Origin: an uncultured Dehalococcoidia bacterium
GTDB lineage: Bacteria > Chloroflexota > Dehalococcoidia > Dehalococcoidales > UBA1222
NCBI GenBank assembly: GCA_903844845.1
Contig: CAIMVG010000008.1
Span: 12,672 to 76,671, forward strand
Length of the DNA stretch: 64,000 bases
Direction of reading: 5' to 3'
The translations under genes were made by a program, and so were the position numbers. Below the pieces are notes generated by a model. It had not been told where the DNA came from and searched no databases. It saw nothing but the letters and a program-made list of their open reading frames with translations. This document shows positions 59,967 to 64,000 of this stretch, piece by piece (within the stretch, counting starts at the first letter, position 1; each line of letters begins with the position of its first letter).

Positions 59967-60737
59967 TTACCTTTCGGATAACGGTTTCCGGCCTATCAAC
60001 AAATACGAAAGAGGGATCCTGTTGCGGTCTATCTGACCGAATAACCCGGAAAGGTCTGCGTTGAACTCTTTCAGCTTACGGATATCGATGCCGCTCCCGA
60101 TGACGGCATTGATAATCATGTCGAACGTTTGCGAATAACTGAAAAATGTTTTCGAAGGGTAATTCTCCCCGGCTATATATTTCATCCCGTGGTTCTCAAT
60201 CCAGGGCTCGGTTTTAAAGTAGGAATTTACCGCTCGGTCGGGTGTGTTTTCCTCATAGTTATCTTCGCCTTTGGCGGCGAACATATTGGCCGCCGGGTGC
60301 ATCTCGTGGATCACCAGGGTGCCCCCCGGTTTGAGGCAATCCGAAACCTTCCGGAAGAAAGCGGGGAGGTCAGCAAACCAGCACAACGCACCGATGGTGA
60401 TGAATATGAAATCAAATGTATCGTTGAATTTCGGGCCTATTTCCAGGATATCCGAAGCCGCGAAACGGCAATTCAACCCGAGCTCGACCGCTTTCTTGTT
60501 CGCATAAGCGATCATGTTTTCCGCGATATCGAAGCCTGTTCCTGAAGCCGCACCAAGCTGTACGAGCGCCCGCAACTCCCTGCCGTCGTTACAGCAGAAT
60601 TGTGCGATATCTTTCCCCGCAATATCCAGCTCTTTCAATTCTGCAGTCAATTCGGGTTTAAGCACGGGTGCCGTACCCTTTCCCCAGTCTGCCGAACGGC
60701 GGGCAAAAGCTTCTTCCCATGCAGCCTTGTTTTCCAT
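59967..60737 (-). CDS. Class I SAM-dependent methyltransferase
   Basis: 256-aa ORF. DIAQFCCNDG... and GGTLVIHEM are motif I and post-I-like regions. Confidence 0.7.
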   Translation of the reverse strand: MENKAAWEEAFARRSADWGKGTAPVLKPELTAELKELDIAGKDIAQFCCNDGRELRALVQLGAASGTGFDIAENMIAYANKKAVELGLNCRFAASDILEIGPKFNDTFDFIFITIGALCWFADLPAFFRKVSDCLKPGGTLVIHEMHPAANMFAAKGEDNYEENTPDRAVNSYFKTEPWIENHGMKYIAGENYPSKTFFSYSQTFDMIINAVIGSGIDIRKLKEFNADLSGLFGQIDRNRIPLSYLLIGRKPLSER

Positions 60738-60787
60738 GGAATGGTCTATAATAATCTTCTCCGTTTAACCGCCACTTCCTTCGGGTA

Positions 60788-61888
60788 TCAGGCAATATCC
60801 CGTTTCTGTTTCGTCAACTGTTTGGAAGCCAGCGCAATCTTCTTGTATTTGCCTTTTTCGATAAGACGGGCGCCCTGTTCTTCCCGCGCAGTCAGGTATT
60901 CGATCTCTTTTTGCAATTTGCGATAGCTTTCCAGTCTCGAAGGGTCCAGGTCCCCCCGGTCGACAGCCGCCCGCACCGAGCAGCCGGATTCCTTCATATG
61001 GCTGCAATCGTTGAAACGGCACTCTCTTGCCAGGGCATCGACGTCGTCGAAAGTGTTTTTCAGGTCGTCCTCGACGGCCCAGAGCTGGAGTTCACGCATC
61101 CCCGGGGTATCGATGACCACCCCGCCGCCCGGCAGAAGGATAAGTTCCCGCCTGGTGGTAGTATGCCTGCCCATCGAATCGTTTTCACGGACTTTGCCGG
61201 TATCCTGCCTGTCTTCACCGAGTAGGGCGTTTATCAACGTGGACTTTCCGGCCCCGGAAGAACCGAGAAAGGCAACCGTTTTACCTTCGGCCAGATAGCG
61301 CAGCAGGGCATCCAGCCCGGTGCGTTCTTTGGCGCTTACCGCGAGTACGGGCACACCTTTGGTGACGGATTCAACGCTCCTGACCTGGGCGCCGGGATCG
61401 AGGCACGCGTCTATCTTGTTCAGAACGATGACGGGAGCGGCCCCGCTGCTTTGGGCTAAAATCAGGTAACGTTCGATCCGCCGCAGGTTGAAATTTCTCC
61501 CCCCGTCCAGGCCGTTCACGATAAAAACCGTATCGACGTTGGCGGAGATGACCTGCTCCCCAGCATTGCGGCCTGCTGCTTTCCTTGAAAACTTGCTTTT
61601 CCTGGGCAATATGCTGTGGATCACCCCGTTTTCTTCGCCGGCAAGGGGCTTCAATACCACCCAGTCGCCTACCGCCGGTTGAACGTTCATCTCCCGGGAG
61701 GTATAGCGCATCTTACCCGATAATTTAGCTGAGAGTTCACCGTCAGGGCTGAAGACACGGTACAGGCCCTTGGACTCCGAACTGACCCGTGCGGGGATGG
61801 AGCCGGGGACCTTTTGAAGTTCATATTGTTCTTCAAAAAATGGCTCCCAGCCCAATCGGTGCATGTATTCCCGGGTGTTATCTTCCAT
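60788..61888 (-). CDS. rsgA: Ribosome small-subunit-dependent GTPase A
   Basis: Circularly permuted GTPase: VLNKIDA, then GSSGAGKSTLINAL. Zinc knuckle CRFNDCSHMKESGC. Confidence 0.9.
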   Translation of the reverse strand: MEDNTREYMHRLGWEPFFEEQYELQKVPGSIPARVSSESKGLYRVFSPDGELSAKLSGKMRYTSREMNVQPAVGDWVVLKPLAGEENGVIHSILPRKSKFSRKAAGRNAGEQVISANVDTVFIVNGLDGGRNFNLRRIERYLILAQSSGAAPVIVLNKIDACLDPGAQVRSVESVTKGVPVLAVSAKERTGLDALLRYLAEGKTVAFLGSSGAGKSTLINALLGEDRQDTGKVRENDSMGRHTTTRRELILLPGGGVVIDTPGMRELQLWAVEDDLKNTFDDVDALARECRFNDCSHMKESGCSVRAAVDRGDLDPSRLESYRKLQKEIEYLTAREEQGARLIEKGKYKKIALASKQLTKQKRDIA

Positions 61889-62019
61889 CGCGTCCGCATT
61901 ATATATCCCCTACAGGTGTATATTCCACAGGGGCGAGGTTGAATCACATCCTCGAGATTTAATATCTTTTTTATGATTTCACACGGAATTTAATAACTAA
62001 TACACCTTACGGGCGCATA

Positions 62020-62418
62020 ATGGTAGATGATCGGCGACAGGAGGACTTAAGGCATATGGCCGCAATTGCAGACAATATCCTGATGTTCAATCTCGGCGTC
62101 AGCGACATGGAGAAATCTAAAGAATATTATGTAAACTTGTTGGGTCTGAAAGTCACCAGTGACATCGGGCATGGGAACATGCGCTGGGTCACACTGGGAT
62201 TCCCCGGCGGGGGCGCGTCGCTTGTCCTTACCACCGCCTTCGGCAACTTCAAACCCGGCACCATGTCGATTCAATTCTCCACTTCCGACATCCAGGGGGC
62301 CTACAAAAAATTAAAAGCGACCGGCCCTGTCATGGAGGATTTTCACGGCCCGGGGTCTGGGGTCAGCGGTTTTCAGGTAAACGACCCCGACGGGAATACG
62401 CTGTCTTTTGTGCATTAG
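62020..62418 (+). CDS. VOC/glyoxalase-family protein
   Basis: FNLGVSDMEKSKEYYVNLLGLKV...GFQVNDPDGNTLSF. Start may be ATG 62056. Confidence 0.75.
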   Translation: MVDDRRQEDLRHMAAIADNILMFNLGVSDMEKSKEYYVNLLGLKVTSDIGHGNMRWVTLGFPGGGASLVLTTAFGNFKPGTMSIQFSTSDIQGAYKKLKATGPVMEDFHGPGSGVSGFQVNDPDGNTLSFVH

Positions 62419-62492
62419 GAGGTTAAACGGGGCGCATATCTGGCGCCTTGCGCCCCGATGTTTATGAGCTGTTCGAAAGGGGTAACTAAGCG

Positions 62493-62927
62493 ATGATTGC
62501 GAACGAACCAAAAGATGAAGCATCCATAACGACACCCGACTGGAGGGAGAAAACCGTCGACCGTATCCGCAAAATCATCAAGGACGCCGACTCCGAGATA
62601 AAAGAGGAACCGAAATGGATGGGGTCCCCGGTCTGGTCAGACACTGGGATAGTTTGTGTCGCCGTCACCTGTAAAGACAAAGTGAAATTGACTTTCGAAC
62701 AGGGGGCGAACCTTCCCGACCCCGAAATGCTTTTCAATAACGGTCTCGGAAAACGGTGGCGCACCATCGATATACACGAGGACGACAAGGTCAATGAGAG
62801 TTCCCTGAAGGCCCTGGTCAAAGCCGCCGTGACCCGCAATAAAGCCAGAGTGAAACCCGCCAAACAAACTGCCGCGGCGCGAAGCGCCGTCAAGAAGAAA
62901 ACGACGAAGAAGCAGCCCATTATTTAA
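62493..62927 (+). CDS. DUF1801 (YdhG-like) domain protein with basic tail
   Basis: WREKTVDRIRKIIKDADSEIKEEPKWMGSPVWS...KLTFEQGANL. Confidence 0.7.
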   Translation: MIANEPKDEASITTPDWREKTVDRIRKIIKDADSEIKEEPKWMGSPVWSDTGIVCVAVTCKDKVKLTFEQGANLPDPEMLFNNGLGKRWRTIDIHEDDKVNESSLKALVKAAVTRNKARVKPAKQTAAARSAVKKKTTKKQPII

Positions 62928-63057
62928 ACCGCGTTTGCCCGGCACAAACCTCATCCCCGCGCTATCAATCGCGCCCTTCTCACTGTATAATGCTGAACCA
63001 TACACGGTCCTCCCCGGGCAACAACGCGGAGTATCGGAATAATCTCGGGAGCTACGC

Positions 63058-63726
63058 ATGAATTCCAGGCGCCTTATACCGTACTTTGTTATACCCATGG
63101 TCTTGGTCATCCTGGTAATCCCCTCGTTTTGTTCCTGCACTTGTGGCGAAAACGGCGGAAACCCGGCTACAACGGCGCAAACGGAGACCAGCGCGCCGGC
63201 TGCTCACATACCGCCTGTCACAACCCCGCCGGAGACACCTTCGACCACTCAGGCAACAGGCATAACCAGCACGACGCCAACCGCCGTGTCGAGCACCATC
63301 GTTCTCCCCCCTACCACGCCGGTTATGCCTGTTTCCACAACAGGCAGTACGACCGCGCCCACGGCAACCGCGCCCACGGCCGCCCCGCCTGCGTCGACCG
63401 CAAAACCGCCTGTCACATCTTATGCTTTGCCTCCGGCGCCGACCGCCGTCTCGACAGGCACAGATACAGCCCCCGGCCCATCTCTCGCATCGTTGACTCC
63501 GGCCTTGAAATGGAGCACGGTTACCGAAGCCGACAATTACGCCCTGTATATCTTCAAGGCCCCGTTCTCGGCTTCGGACCTGGTTTATAATCCACAGGTA
63601 ACCGGCACCTCCGCCACAGTGCCGGCCGGCACATTGACCGCCGGGGTACAATATAAATGGGCGGTCGCGGCACACGGGCCGGGAGGATGGAGTTACCTGT
63701 CCAATTTCCTGTTCTTTACCACTTGA
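63058..63726 (+). CDS. Secreted Pro/Thr-rich protein with C-terminal beta-sandwich-like domain
   Basis: Signal/lipobox-like PSFCSC. About 120-aa P/T/A linker. C-terminal LKWSTVTEADNYALYIF...YKWAVAAHGPGGWS. Confidence 0.65.
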   Translation: MNSRRLIPYFVIPMVLVILVIPSFCSCTCGENGGNPATTAQTETSAPAAHIPPVTTPPETPSTTQATGITSTTPTAVSSTIVLPPTTPVMPVSTTGSTTAPTATAPTAAPPASTAKPPVTSYALPPAPTAVSTGTDTAPGPSLASLTPALKWSTVTEADNYALYIFKAPFSASDLVYNPQVTGTSATVPAGTLTAGVQYKWAVAAHGPGGWSYLSNFLFFTT

Positions 63727-63769
63727 TTGAGGTTATAATAACCCGGGAATCTATATCGGAGAACCATGT

Positions 63770-64000
63770 ATGAACGAAGAAATCAAGGCACTGAGCGACG
63801 AATGGGACAACCACAAAAAGCTTCCTTTTCCGGATGCCCCGGCCGAAGGCTCACCCTTCAACGACCTATACGAACATTTAACCAAGTTTGACGGGCACGT
63901 TGCCGGGATGGTTTCGTCAGCGCTCAACGGGAAGCCGGTTGAGAAAATCGCTGTCGGCAACTCGCTCCTGATGATAAACAATTTATTTTATAAATTGAAT
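63770..64000 (+). CDS. Hypothetical protein, 3' end cut by window edge
   Basis: GGAGAA sits 6 nt before the ATG at 63770. The frame is open to base 64000 (MNEEIKALSDEWDNHKKLPFPDAPAEGSPF...). It competes with minus-strand ORF 63751-63981, which has no RBS. Confidence 0.4.
   Translation, partial: MNEEIKALSDEWDNHKKLPFPDAPAEGSPFNDLYEHLTKFDGHVAGMVSSALNGKPVEKIAVGNSLLMINNLFYKLN

Noticed and set aside
1-64000. Looked for tRNA, rRNA, tmRNA, RNase P, transposase, integrase or phage genes and for cas genes.
   Set aside because: I recognised none in intergenic regions or ORF translations. Apart from hicAB and the hairpin repeats, the window looks like stable chromosome. A tRNAscan/Infernal run would be needed for certainty.

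Overview
This 64-kb chromosomal window is densely coding, with about 75 CDS. I found no rRNA, tRNA, CRISPR array, transposase or integrase by eye. The gene content includes a Tat-exported reductive-dehalogenase homologue, a heliorhodopsin, many lipoproteins with Thr/Pro-rich linkers, multi-PAS sensor kinases and Fe-S/Mo-cofactor accessory genes. This suggests an anaerobic monoderm bacterium, plausibly Chloroflexota/Dehalococcoidia-like, but that is inference only.

Main points:
1. A ResA/TlpA-type lipoprotein gene next to ccdA carries an in-frame TGA exactly at the first Cys of its CxxC motif, followed by a SECIS-like hairpin. I read it as a UxxC selenoprotein rather than a pseudogene.
2. A tight 8-9 gene operon (48.3-55.2 kb) has no described function that I know of. 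It combines DUF169, an RRE(PqqD)-radical SAM-SPASM enzyme, two TVP38/DedA-type membrane proteins, a GT2 plus DUF2064 transferase pair that normally accompanies selenodomain radical SAM (ArsS-type) proteins, and a CDP-alcohol phosphatidyltransferase.
3. A translationally coupled operon (5.8-8.8 kb) looks like a sulfur/selenium trafficking module: a DUF3343-like protein, a YjeF_C-like kinase, a membrane zinc-knuckle protein and a split YeeE/YedE transporter.
4. An identical 20-nt promoter/operator block occurs at two loci, 5526-5545 and 24670-24689. The second lies between a DUF134 regulator operon and a DsrE-like gene.
5. A minus-strand cofactor-maturation cluster spans 18.6-24.7 kb: DUF134, NifX-like, Mrp, IscU, MBL-fold, YqeB-like, an unknown protein and a MoCF-binding protein.
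6. A heliorhodopsin appears to be co-transcribed with a DUF2177 membrane protein.
7. An rdhA has no rdhB and lies beside a monohaem cytochrome c lipoprotein.
8. Other observations: a hairpin-repeat family ending in AATGACA (one dispersed cluster and one 4-unit tandem array), two convergent truncated gene stubs (CDF and KaiC-like), and a HicAB module.

All family assignments come from motif recognition by eye and need HMM or BLAST confirmation.
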